From: Paraphysomonas bandaiensis
Lineage: Eukaryota > Protista > Chrysophyceae
Assembly: GCA_965644295.1 (NCBI GenBank)
Contig: CBFFRP010000127.1
Location: forward strand, 62,001 to 126,000
Direction: 5' to 3'
Length of the DNA stretch: 64,000 bases
Shown here: positions 36,667-49,432 of the stretch, one piece after another
Layout of the letters: each line of letters begins with the position of its first letter
How positions within the stretch are numbered: the first letter of the stretch is position 1
Notes under the pieces: model-generated
Database searches by the model: none
Seen by the model: the letters and a program-made list of their open reading frames with translations, nothing else
What the model was told of the DNA's origin: nothing
Position numbers and translations under genes: made by a program

Positions 36667-36905
36667 TATAGTAGAAGTGTTATTAACACGGAACAAAGCA
36701 GAAAGGTGAATGAAAAGTGGATGAAAGTATTCTTTACCCTGACGAAATAGCTATGAGACTTCACCTGAATGACTCTCCAATACACTGCTATAGTTTCTAC
36801 CCGTCTATGTGACGATGATAATATATAACCACCCGCCACTGCTGCTCCTGCTGCTGCGTCTCATACACTGCACATTGTACCTACATACCTACATACATCT
36901 AGACA

Positions 36906-39900
36906 TGTACAGTGTACAGAGTACCGCAGATGATATACTCCCCTTCCTCTGTACTGTATACCTTGTTGTAGTACTCCGGTATTCTGTGTATGTTATCGTT
37001 ACTGTATCATAGAGGTGTACAGCACACGTATGTATGTTAACACTCTCCTTAACTGCATATTAACACATTAGAAATAGCTTGACATCCGTATTGGGACTCA
37101 TCTTTGGGACCCAGAGTGCAGCTATCTAGTCTGTGATATGTATGGTTGAACGTACTATCATGGGACCGCCTCCAGCCCCTTCACTGAATAGAAAGCAGAG
37201 CCATATGGGCTACGGTGGCCACTACTCCATTGAAGCCAAGCCTTTGGTATCACAGTCTGAATTGGAAGCTATCAGCAATAATCCTGATGCCGCCAATGCC
37301 GTGATACACAAATACAATTCTGCTGACAGGAAGAGTCAGATGGTGCTCGTTAGCGAGAGAGATTTCGTAGACACTGATACTGACGGCGGTGAGTGTTATA
37401 TCATCTCGTATGTTATTTTTGATATGAAAGCAGTCAGTCCAAGAGTCGGAATCTTAGACGATATATACCAGCGCATATCTAATGCGGATGATTTCAAGCG
37501 GGGAGATTTCATGTTTACACCCATGGTCACGTCTATCATGACGACATGTGCTGTAGAAGTGAAGCAAGCTGGCATACGAAACTGTGGTAAGCTGAAATCT
37601 CGTGTTAACACTGTCGCAAGTGGGGAGCTGAGTCCACGTATATCTGATCTTCGTAAAAAACGAAACGCAGTTAGGTATTCAGATCGTCGAGAAGGGCGTG
37701 TAAAAGCACGTGTGACAGACAAGAGCACTATAATGCTGCGGAAGTATCTCAAGAAACAAACGACTGAGAAGGGTACATATGTGTCTGATAGATCTTTTAA
37801 TAAAATAGGTGCGCTTAATTCGCCAATTCGAGTTCCCAGGTCCGACATAGACACGTCGATGCCGCTATCCAACCCCTGCTTGACGCACGCTGTGACCAGT
37901 CGTCCGTTTGACGACTCCAAACCTCCGCCAGATACCGCTCCTGAATCCCGGTATAACCAGTCTGGTACCCAGAGAAAAAAAACTGAGGACAAAAAAGTGA
38001 AACAGGGTCAGCCGAAACCAAGGCCTCGACGGCCGAATACGGCTCAGCCCTCTCGGTACAATCAGAAGCGTCTTCAAATGGGTAACCGTTGCCGCAGTCG
38101 ATCTGAATCGATGGATTCACTTTTTGAAGAGAGTACAAAGAGCTCGTCTGATGGAGATGAGTTTAATACTTTCGACTCGAAAGGAGCATATCTGCGCAAA
38201 AAGAGAGGGGTATGTGCTACTTGTTGTGTTAATTGCATTTGCATGTAGTTTCATGTTACCCCTGCTGAGATCACGAGACTCAGACGTATGACCACACATA
38301 CAGTGCCTGCTTCTACTTGTATCTGTGGTAGTCCTCCTGGTTTGATTTTTTTGTTATTAAATAGGAAATAAAATGAAATTACTTGCAACTCTTTAAGTTA
38401 TATCATGGCATGCCTGACAATGATATTTATATGTATACAGGGTCTAATGGGTACAACGACAGACCCTAATGGTTACGCCTCTGAGGTGGATAGAAGGTTA
38501 GTGTTTCATCTTTTATTTCTTGGTAATCTGTTCGGCCTGAGAAGTTTCCAATTGTTGTTTAGTGCGTATTCAAACGTGTTTTTATGCGCGCAGTCTGTTA
38601 ACTATGAACCATTCAGGGCGACAAGGAGATTGTCCAGACCCCCCACAGCTGAGCAAATGGCTTCTTATCTAATGACAGGGGCTGATGGAACCAAGACAGG
38701 CACTTCGGAAACCGTAAGCAGCGTGGCTGCTTCGGAAGGAGTTAGTGAGGGAGCCAAAATGGCTGCCCAGTTTTTTAGAGGAGTGTTAGTTAAGAATCGA
38801 CATAACTTTACTACTGCTACTGAAAGAGCTGCGTCTAATCATCCGACGGTGGGTACTTATATTAATGTGGTTCTGTCATCATATTGCACGCATTTTAGCT
38901 GTTAGTAGTATTCTGTAGAGCGTGTTGTGCTCTAAACTATGTTTGTAAATTCGCCATGTGCACTTACACATACAAAGCGTCATTTCTCATTTGTGGTTCA
39001 AAAGGGTTCGAGCTCTGACTACTCGAATAGTTCTACCTCGTCCTCCTGTACAAGCCCAGTGCAAGATACCATGAATGACCCTGACCCAGCCATCCAATCA
39101 CCGACAGATCGATATAACTCGCAGAGTAAGGCACTCTCAAAAGGACTATCGATATCGTCAGCACCAGAAAATCCTAAATTGTCTATACCTCATGCACGAT
39201 CCCTTTCTTCTCAAGTATCAAGTAATAGTCAAACCCCAATGGCTGTGAGAACAACCCCTGTGGCAGGTGATGAAGAGATGTCGTTGACGAATGCTTCTGC
39301 CCCAACATCACCACTTAGACCGCCTGTACAGGACAACCGGTCACCAAATGAAATAGACAAGCCACTAGTTGTAAAAATGACTCCAGCGACGGGCGATAAT
39401 TTATTGAATTCTGCCCCAGTTCCTGCGAGTGCTATTGCAACGTCTGCTAAACGACCGTTGTCACATCCTCAATCGAAACCAATACCTGTTCCACCACCAG
39501 CACCACCGACTACTGATTTATCCAGTCGACCTAAGACATGCTCCTCATATTTAGCGAAAGCTTTTCATCAAAATAGTGTGAAGTTCGAAATGTCTGATTC
39601 AGTTGAAGAGAATACTACTGACCGCCGAGTTCATAAAGCTCAAGAGGACTGGTTAGTCAAAAGAATGGAAGGTCTTCTCAGTGAATACGTTGATTCGAAG
39701 AAGCAGGACGAAGCTTCTGATGGAGACAAGCAGCCGGAGATTAACTTCGATGAAGGGTAATTATTTTATTCCATTTGTTTTGTTTTCAGTTTAACCACTG
39801 CTATGATTAACGAATAGGACAATATCGATTGAAATGTCGCTATTGTTCCGAGGATATCAGACTATGGGTGAGTCTTTCTGCTATATCTAAATGTCATATA

Positions 39901-40660
39901 CTACCATCACTGGGTATATATATTCGAATTTCACCCAATGTAATATGTTGGTGCAGACAAAAATAAGGATGGCTTCCTGTCAGCAGATGATATATATTAC
40001 TACTGCAAAGAAAATAAAGTACATTTGTCGCGATCTGAAATTGAGAATGTAATGTGGCTGATGGACGATAATAGAAGAGGCTATTTGACATTTGAAGATA
40101 TAATGAGTTTTTATGTTCGCAAGAGACGGGAGTTTCTAGCTAGTGGTCAAGACTATAAAATGCGCGGTCCTGTGGAAGCGGAAGAAGTAGCCAAGCTGAA
40201 GTTACGACATCAGCAATATGTATTAACGGAGTGCGATATGCATTCTCAACCTTTGTTGTTGTTTAGAATACTTTTCTTCACGTCAATGCAAGATTCCAAA
40301 GGTGAAATACACCTATTGACTGGGTTTCAAGTGAGTGTGCCATTCGATCTCAGTCGTGATGTTTTTCATGATTAAATATAGAATCTATCTCAATTGTTTG
40401 GGCGTGCAGCTGAGGAGCAGTTCAACTGCATATTTTTGAAGAAATTTTCCGATATCACAGACGACGATAGACAAACGTTATCGGATTTTGTAGAGTACAT
40501 GAAGCTATTCCGTGTTAAAGTGAAGAGAACGAAAGTTATTATGCGGGAACACACACTCCGCAAGGCTGCCTTGGTTCGATTTTCTACGAATAAAGGTAAA
40601 GCATCATATGCTGCAGATCGGAGGAATGCAATTGTTGATGATGTAATTAAATTGACATAA
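36906..40660 (+). CDS. Large, mostly disordered protein with a C-terminal EF-hand-like region
   Basis: Chain of same-strand ORFs (37133, 38405, 38939, 40025, 40394) separated by GT-AG introns; EF-like MDDNRRGYLTFEDI. The start codon is uncertain. Confidence 0.6.
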
Positions 40661-40811
40661 ACTCAATGACTTAAAATTATTATGACTTTGTAAACTTAAA
40701 GTTATACGTATTTGCTGTATATGATTTGAAACTACTGAGTGATATGATATATTAACGTAAGATAGACTGTGATGTGTTTTTGCTTACCTGGCTGGCGTCG
40801 TTCAAAGCTTT

Positions 40812-40890
40812 TATTTATTAACTACAACTTACTCCGAGTTCGACTTGTAGTTTGATGCTTACCGCTAGCAGCTATCCTGTATTCTGTGTA
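40812..40890 (+). repeat. Degenerate dispersed repeat (family 3)
   Basis: Matches the reverse complement of 27430-27515. Confidence 0.7.
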
Positions 40891-41115
40891 GCAGGGCACG
40901 GTAACAATATAATATCGTAAACTATATTGAACCGGCCAAAAATTCCATCGATATTGTTTCTCTGTTAAAGTGGCTCACAATATTTTGATAGTTATATTAT
41001 ACGAAAAGCTTCTTATCTGTAGGGTGTAAAATATCAGTCCATGTACATAATATATATACGGAAAAAGAAGTAAAGCTTATTTCGTATCACCAGCTCATAT
41101 ATAGTAAACTCAAAT

Positions 41116-41644
41116 GAATGTCTCATTATTAGCAATAGGCGTGTAATAGTCAGAACTAATATATATCAAACAATTTAACTAACTTGTGATTAACTCTGAT
41201 ATCCTAATATTTTTAGCGCTACGAAAACTTCTTGTGCCTCACCGCAAGCACCAAGGTACAGTAAGCAAGCAGAATGTTGATATACCTGACACCTGACATC
41301 TGCTGACTTCAAGATTCTTGAGTCATAAAAGGTGAACAGCCCGGATGCTTACTTCAAGGGAAGGGGTCTTTTGCCCACAGCTGAGGCACCATCAAAGTGG
41401 GGGTATTTATGGGTTTTGTGGTGATAGTTGGAGGTGTTGACCTGGGGTGGGGTTGGGTATAGGTCACAGACCGTCTTGTCACTCCTAGAAGTCGGAGGAC
41501 TGGCGGCTGTCTCTGCTTACTACTACGCGTTCTGGGAGGGAGTCTGTGTGTAGCCCTCGAGGAAGCAGCGTAGCGTTGACTGCGATCTTAAAGCACATCT
41601 GTTTGACCGCTGCAAATAGTGGTTGAAGTATACTCACCACAGGG
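41116..41644 (-). mobile_element. Retroposon copy 6: family 3' half (41116-41356) joined to about 290 bp of unrelated C/A-rich sequence
   Basis: Type A tail and core with an internal deletion. Possible decayed TSD ATAGTAA..ACTC at 41101 and 41645. The 5' boundary is uncertain. Confidence 0.7.
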
Positions 41645-41990
41645 ATAGTAATCTACTCCACATAAACAATGCTTCCGTTAATATAATATATATATAACAT
41701 CATACTATCATACTTTTCAATAATTATGTAATTTGAAGTTTATATAATGACTAGCTAGAACTAGTTTGAAGCTCATTCAAGTACATAGCAGTCAAACGGT
41801 TAGTTGAGCCCATCTTTATACTGAAAATAATATTAATTTGCAATTTTAGTCAATAATATATATATTATCAATACCAATGCAGAGAACTATTTCTTAGCGC
41901 TCTAGAAACTAGCTAGTTTTAACAAGGAATGCACGTCAAAAACGTGAGCATATTATGCATATTTTCCCCCACGTTTGCATATTGTTTACT

Positions 41991-42290
41991 TCAAGAAGAG
42001 GCTCCTGAACGATGAGTGCATACAAAGTAGATATATTTGCCACTGTTTTTGGAGTCCGGTTGAAGGAGAACTAAACAAGCACGAGCAGACGACTTCAGAA
42101 TATTAAGCATTAGTTGGCCTCTTATTTGGCAAGTAGACCTGCTAATAGAGGGAATTTGAAGCCAAAACATCCTGTTACCAGAAAAGATGACTGTCATACG
42201 AGGGCTCTTTATCTTTCAGGTTCTGTTAAAGCGGTTGTATCCAGAACGAGAAAGGCTTACCGGATGCAGTGAGCTCTTACTGCTCGACAT
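41991..42290 (-). CDS. Possible small 3-exon gene or gene fragment (about 73 aa), unknown function
   Basis: ATG at 42290; GT-AG introns 42223-42260 and 42139-42178 keep the frame: MSSSKSSLHP|NLKDKEPSYDSHLFW|STCQIRGQ...GASS-stop. Confidence 0.35.
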
Positions 42291-42470
42291 AATTCCTATA
42301 TCACCACTATTGTTAACGATCAGAGAAAGGTTAAAAGCGGCTTCAAACAGGAGGCTCAAGTCAAGTGAACCTTTTTGTCAGCTTATTACGAGACTTCGGG
42401 GCTAGGTATCCCCCATCCGCATTTCATAGAAAAACAGTTCCATCGTTAATCGACAAGTGTGGCTAGATAC

Positions 42471-42766
42471 ATGCATATTTCAATTAATTTTGAATAAATA
42501 CAGTAATGTTGACGTCACCGATGATGGCTAAGAGAATGAGTATGAGGAAAATTGCGATTAGCTAAGCTGTTGCTAGAGTCTTTGCTTGCCAGCGTAGAGC
42601 GTAGTTGGTTGTGGGTTGTCATGAATGTGATCTCAAATCTTATTAACTAGTACAATTTCTATGGATATGTTTACCTACTAATTAATTATACTTATATATT
42701 GCAATAGTATTATTGGCCCGGTTTAAAACGCCCATCTACGATCAATAGTATTGACGGAACGTTATC
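42471..42766 (-). repeat. Degenerate dispersed repeat (family 2)
   Basis: Reverse complement aligns with 35434-35713. Confidence 0.75.
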
Positions 42767-43100
42767 TAACAATAGTTTTGCGATATATCAATATATATTG
42801 TTCCCTAGTCCAGCTGTGTAGCAATGTATTCTGGTGTTTCGTTTCATAGCTGTGTTTGATGATACAATTGGCTAATATTTATGAACCTATCAACACTAAT
42901 AACGACTTCTATAATCTGCCTGTCATTAATTACGACATCCGACCAACTCCAAAATAATAGTACAAAATGTTATTTTCAATAAAAAGCTGGCTGATACTAC
43001 CAAAGTGGACACATATTCAGCAGCCTAAACCGAGATGTAAGACAGTGGAACAGTATTACATCTCTCATGATGCAGATATCAGACAAAAATAATAGTACAT

Positions 43101-43883
43101 TTACACTCCGTCCCAACATGGCAGGCCGGCATTGTTTCTTATAGTTGCATCGGCTCCTTTCGTCATCAAATATTGACCCAAGGTGTCACCATAGCCGTAA
43201 TGAAAACAATAATGCAAAGGCGTATTGCCTTTGTGATTACGAGCATTTATATCTGCCCCTCGTCGTAACACTGCTTTAGCCACTTTCTTATTCCCATTTT
43301 GACATGCAATAGTTAAAATTGTATTCCCATACTCGTCTCGGACATTTAATGGTATCCCCCGGTCCAAAAGACGCTCCATATCAGCGCACCTACAGTAGAG
43401 AGCCTGATTAAACTGCCACAAAAGAAAAGTATCGCAAAAGAGGAATAACAAGGTGTGATACCTGCCATGCCGTGCGTAACTAAAAATGTCTTCCACGTCT
43501 TGTTCTGATACACCTTCCATAATGCCGAGGCCATTTTCATAGTCATCATCATCATTATATTTGGAATCCTGAGGGTAAACTTGTTGCGACGTATCTTGAT
43601 ATGCATTGTACGAAGCATGGGCAGCAACATTATTCCAGTAACTATGAGGGTCGGCTACTACATAGTTCCCATTCTTGTAGTCATTGTAGTCCTTATAATC
43701 TTTGTAATCTCCAGTGCGAGGTGTACCGTAGTCACCATCAGATGTGTTACCAAGAGGTCCATTTCGAGGAGTTTGCCACTCATCACTTGAGCTGGTTGGC
43801 TGTATGCCGCGCGGAGTATAGAATCGATCATCTCGAGGTGTGCCGAAACCGAAATCACTCCTGGGGGTGTCGTCCGCATACAT
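43101..43883 (-). CDS. Ankyrin repeat protein with low-complexity N-terminus
   Basis: DEYGNTILTIACQNG, GADINARNHKGNTPLHY and GADATIRN motifs; one in-frame intron near 43390-43461. Confidence 0.88.
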   Translation of the reverse strand: MYADDTPRSDFGFGTPRDDRFYTPRGIQPTSSSDEWQTPRNGPLGNTSDGDYGTPRTGDYKDYKDYNDYKNGNYVVADPHSYWNNVAAHASYNAYQDTSQQVYPQDSKYNDDDDYENGLGIMEGVSEQDVEDIFSYARHGRYHTLLFLFCDTFLLWQFNQALYCRCADMERLLDRGIPLNVRDEYGNTILTIACQNGNKKVAKAVLRRGADINARNHKGNTPLHYCFHYGYGDTLGQYLMTKGADATIRNNAGLPCWDGV

Positions 43884-44371
43884 CAGTAGTACACGGTGTT
43901 GGCGTGTATAACTGGTCACTGGAGGGTCAGTTGAGGGTGCAGTGCTCTGCTATGAGGGTAATCTATGCACTGTGAGGGTGTCTCGTGGAATGCATATGGC
44001 TCGGCTCATATGTATGTTCCGCTGCACTGGAGTGGACTACACTCGGTATTGTGCTATGCAGCGTTGTACATCCACTGCTGTATTATCACACCAGTACAAG
44101 AATACGGAATATGGAATACTGCTGTACATTCGAGGAACATCGAGAAGGACTGAAAATATGGTGACGTCTCAAGATACGCTGTGAGAGTATTCGGGTACTG
44201 ACAGTTGACATTTTGATTTTTGTATTTGTTAAGATGTTTTTGAGGTATGTTTGATGCAGTGAGGCAATGCTCATATACTGCCACCTCATAACACATTGCT
44301 CACTTATCGTCACGGAATCATTAGCCCTAAGATCTCATTATCCCTCAAATATGCTTACTGATACAACTGAG

Positions 44372-45667
44372 ATGAATTTTGATTGTATGGATACTCATTT
44401 TCAGGTATTTGTTCATAAGTTTATCTACTCTATGCATTGATTACAAGTCATACTTAGTCTCCAGTCGTACGGAAACGCAATTCTTTTCGACGAACAAGAG
44501 CTCCTAAGGTAATATATATATACTATTAATGTTCAATTTAATACTCTTTCTACGTAGAAACCGGAGCCATGGGGAACCCTAACTGGAAAAAATGTTCAGT
44601 CTATTGTTATTTCAATGATCAATGACCAACGAGAACATCATTATAAAAACCTACGCCCATCTTACCTCAAAGTACGGATACTCTTCGTTATATTGATACG
44701 ATAGTAATATTTTGTGCAGTTTCGGTCAAAAGTTGCCCAGTGGATGCTTGATTTGGGAGAATACTTTGACCTTCACCCTACCACAATCCATGCAGCTGTA
44801 TCTTATATGGACAGAATTCAGCCTAATGAAAAGTTTTGCACCTTTCAGTGGCAAATGGTGGCTATATGCTGCATCACTGTTGCAAGTACGTCCATGCTAA
44901 TCATGTGATTACTGCTCTGAATCTGTGATTGATATTGTGCATGCATATATGTGACTATGTCTCACGGTTTATCCACCGTTGCAGCCAAATACAATGAAAT
45001 GGAAGAAGATGTTCCTGATTTGAAGTCATTCAGTGCGATTATTCAGCATGAAATACCTTATAAAGTTGCCTTAGAGTATGAACTTTGGGTTTTAAAGCAG
45101 ATGGGTTGGAAACTTAATGGTGAGTTACGTGATATTGTTCCTGTCTTTTGTGATGTCATGTCTCTAGCCCGAACACCTTTGGCTTTCCTATGCTGTTTTT
45201 CTTCTCTTGGTGTGGTATCAGAGGCAGATATTGGGGAGCACATGCCTTGTGGGCGTGGCACTCTCGAAACAATCCTTCAGAAGCAGTTCTCTCTGCTCTC
45301 CACCCTTACCCTTTTGGACACGCGTTTCAAAATGTTTCCTGCCTCCCTTGTCGCTGCTGCAATTATATATGTGTCTCGTATGAAGCTTGGTTTGGAGAGT
45401 GTGTGGACAATTGAGCTCAGTGAAATTACTACGACAGAACCATCAGCTTTCGCGGATATTGTTGACCTGTTGGAGCTAGTGTCAAGTGATGTGTTAGCCC
45501 AAGTCGCCCCTACAGCTTCCCATACAATGACAGTCAGTCCAGTGAAATATGTTCCACAGACACGGGGTGTGGATGAGTTGACCTCAAAGACCCTGTTCAC
45601 TCCCTCAAAAGATGTCGAGGGAGTCAGACGAGATGAGTCACCTTACTCTGTTACAGATGTAATCTAG
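44372..45667 (+). CDS. Cyclin (N- and C-terminal cyclin boxes)
   Basis: FRSKVAQWM..FDLHPTTIHAAVSYMDR..WQMVAICCITVA.KYNE..ELWVLKQMGWKL..FPASLVAAA; five short introns. Confidence 0.9.
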
Positions 45668-46680
45668 ACGACCCTCAACCAGTTTACGCATACAGGAACC
45701 ATTTGTGGTAGTGAAGGTCTTTATGGTGAATGTATCAAAACAATTTGAGTCAGAAATTCAACCAGTGATTGGTCTGAATGCTGTTATAATACTTGTTGTA
45801 GAACCGCGTGTGTGTTTTCGTGATGATGCAGCTCTGTTGCTTTCTTTTTTACTATGATATGATGATATTAACAATGAGTTGGATGTAAGTTTGATGTGGT
45901 AACATCATGACTGATAATAATTATGAACTTTTGATGATATCATTAGAGCAATCGAGTGTGAACCCAGTAATACTGTTGTCATCGTTTTCACATATGTAGA
46001 ATAGTAATGTAGTATGCACCTATTTCTAACAAAACTAATGTTGATAAAGTGTATTGGTGAGTTGAACCAACCGGGCCGCTAATGGACTATATGTAAACGA
46101 ATAGTATAGTTACTCAGAAACCTGTCTGGATACACTCTTTAATGCACATAGAGTTTATTCTATTAACTACATGTAATATTCCAGATATGTCCATGTTCTG
46201 TTATGCTTCTCTTGATATCAACGAAGGAAGAACTCTACTTCGTGCACAACGTCTGATATTTGCGTCGACAGTCAAACTAAATCAAACTGGTCATGAGATA
46301 TATATAATTGATGCAGTTAAATCTCGTTGTAGTGCATATTATTGTAGCAGTTGAGCAACTGGTACGGTCTTCTATGTGACCAATTGAGAGAGTCGTTAGG
46401 GCATATGGATCATTGCATATCTATATATCTATCCAAGATTGGATGCCATATTCTTGATATCAGGGAAAATTAGATCAAATCAGCAAAAAGCTCATATTTT
46501 GGTTATGAAAACTGGGATTTTCCAATGTACTACTATTTGCTCGTACAATGTAGATGCTTATACCCAGAAGACACGCACCACATCACCATCCTTATAAATA
46601 CGAATATATCATATGCCGATTGCACCTTTTGTGTATACGAAGCTCAACAGCATGTAACTGAGTGGTGTGCTAACACCCGT

Positions 46681-47745
46681 ATGTTACCCAGAGCAGCCAA
46701 TCCCCTATATGTGATAGTAATCTGCCTCGTGGCCTATGCAGGTTACTATTCTCTGTTTATACAGCATATGGATGGAGGAAGCCCCCCTTCCCCCTCATTG
46801 GGGCCTACAAGTGCCATGTGGGATTACTTTCCCCAAGGAAGTACTCCGACATATGGAATTATTATGGGTGGTACGAGCGATAGGTTTTCCGGCACTAATG
46901 GAGTGTCTATCCCGGCTTGTGTGGCCAGGATATATGCAATGCGACATGGGTATGCATTTAAATTAGTCAAGAACCTTGAGTATATCAGTAATAGAACGTA
47001 TGGGAATTGTACCTCAAGACATATGTCTCCATGGAACAAGATTCCTCTCATGGCTCAATATTTACCCACAGTGGAAATTCTTGTCTGGATTGATCTAGAT
47101 GCAATTATACAACGACATGAACTTCCCTTGAGCAAAGTATTGCCTAATCAGCCTCTTGAATCGGCATGCAATTATTTTCCTCACATAAAAGAGCTGGGTT
47201 CGGGGTTTATAGCAGATGATCCGAACTTTTTTCCTGGAGCAGCCAACCGTACATTTTTTTGGGCCACTCTTGACATCAACCCAACCTACGCAGTTAATGT
47301 AAACACAGCTGTGATGGCTTTGCGTCGAGGAGAAAGAGCGATAGAATTTCTTAGATATGTCTGGGAGGCAGGAAAAGACCCACAGACGTTTAAAAAGCAC
47401 GACCCTAAGTGGCAGTCGAAACAGGAATGCGTGGGCTATTGGGGTTGGCCTTGGGAACAAGGTGGTGTGTGGGATGTGCTATTGGACACATCTCGACCTG
47501 AGTTTCTGAGGGAAAGTTGCATACTGCCGCATAATGGTGGTCATGCACTTAATTCAGTTAACGACTTTTGGGGGGACACTCATATTCACTCTGGACGTCC
47601 GTTCATTCTTCATGGAACGAAAACTCCGTATATCGTATGGCTCAAAGTGTTGCTTAAGTTAGGAAAAGTGTCTTTACAAAGCGTTCAAGAAGTGTGTGGT
47701 ATTGATAATCTTTCGACAGAAATTTTGTTGAGTAGTATGGAGTAA
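46681..47745 (+). CDS. Type II membrane glycosyltransferase, GT34 (GMA12/MNN10)-like
   Basis: N-terminal TM, PWNKIPL, VWIDLDA (DxD), VNTAVMALR and WEQG motifs. Confidence 0.8.
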   Translation: MLPRAANPLYVIVICLVAYAGYYSLFIQHMDGGSPPSPSLGPTSAMWDYFPQGSTPTYGIIMGGTSDRFSGTNGVSIPACVARIYAMRHGYAFKLVKNLEYISNRTYGNCTSRHMSPWNKIPLMAQYLPTVEILVWIDLDAIIQRHELPLSKVLPNQPLESACNYFPHIKELGSGFIADDPNFFPGAANRTFFWATLDINPTYAVNVNTAVMALRRGERAIEFLRYVWEAGKDPQTFKKHDPKWQSKQECVGYWGWPWEQGGVWDVLLDTSRPEFLRESCILPHNGGHALNSVNDFWGDTHIHSGRPFILHGTKTPYIVWLKVLLKLGKVSLQSVQEVCGIDNLSTEILLSSME

Positions 47746-49432
47746 AGGCTGTAAGTATATTGTGTTGTATTGGTGATCAGATGCAGCCCAATATGACTCT
47801 CCACCAGCATAGTTATCTACTGTTTGGAGATAGTTTTTATTTTGAGTGGTAATAAAACGGTTGACTTAGTTGTGTTAGATTGTTTTCCATTTAATTAATA
47901 CGCAATTATTTCTTGTACTTGATTAGTTTAATCGCTATATATTTCAATATGTAAACGAAGTATATCTCAGTCCTTAGTTTACAATCTATATAACTTCTGT
48001 ATAAACGTAAATGTAGAATATGTTATCTTATTAAAATCGCGCTTTATATTATATTAAAGGATAACAACATACACGATGTAGTTTACTGTTTACTTTGATA
48101 ATAGTAACACGGCTGCTTCATCACGAAAGAGGTACTTTGATACTCCTCAAATTAAGTTCTATTACTTTCCATGACAATTATATATTTTTGAAATATATTT
48201 GTCAAAAGTCAATAAATAACTGGCAATATTATAGCTATGAGAAGGCATAGCTAACCCATACTTTATATTCTATTACAGATTGAGCCCTCTTGGATCGTGT
48301 AAAACGGTCGTCAACGCAAGCGCTTTTCGCAGACCGGATTTTCATATTCCTTATCCCAATTGGGGGTCTATGGTAGGGGCGTACATGCATTTCCTCTGTA
48401 TCATGGTTTGAACATGAATAAAGTAAATTTAGAGATTTACTTTCAATGACAGTAGCTAATCTCATACGGCTCTGATGCCCTGATTTGTTTACGCTGATAG
48501 TGTGTACCTGTAAGGGATATTATATGATGTGAATCTTAATCTCAAAATTCTAAACAAAACAGTTTTACTATGATAGGACCCTATTAGCTGGTCCTGTGAT
48601 TGCATAATCACCGTCATATATATATTATGTCAGCTGTACTACTAGAGTACTAGAGATGTAGTAGATGATAGCGGCTATGTGAGAAACTCTCATGGCAACA
48701 CCGATGGTATCTGCGGTGCAGTCTACTACTACGACCGAAAAGATTGGTTTCGACTGAATAACTTATCTTTGAAAGGTAAATATGAATAGTGTTTTTGCTA
48801 AGATTGAGAGAAATTGTAAGTAGTAGTAAGGAGTAAGGAGATAAATGTCGGTATTAATTATTCATATAATCAAATACACAACTAAATTTTAAGTAATGTG
48901 GTCTCATTGTTTTGTATAGGCACTACTTATTGTGTCCGTATAAGCGTATAAGCATTACGCACTTAGCATTATCTAAACAAATTGTAGATTTGAAAAAGTT
49001 TAAACCCGGTGTTAACCTCAGCACGTTGTATATCAACATATATTAATAAACGTATATACAAGCATTCTACTATTAGGAGTAAGGAAACCCTACCATCTAC
49101 TCAGTTCATGCTTCTTCACTTTACATGGATTATACAACTTCTAAACGGTCAATTTCAGCCTACCCCGAAATTAAACAAGAACAACAATAAACGGATTATT
49201 TGAAAATTCCTAGTTATTATATTTCAGAGTATGTTGTGGCCGCATTGCTAAAGTTAAATACAGCACAATAAACAAATGTATATGTAGACTACAGTTCATC
49301 ACTAACTTTCTCTTCCTACTACCTGGAAGTCACTGTATTCGACATTATCGGTTTATTGCTTGAAATGTCACAGTACTTTCGACTACAACCACCCGTCATC
49401 ATTGATAAGTGTTCTGTGGAAGCATATTGTAC

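Noticed and set aside
36253-36750. 165-aa plus-strand ORF
   Set aside because: It is the antisense shadow of the spliced Elongin C gene.
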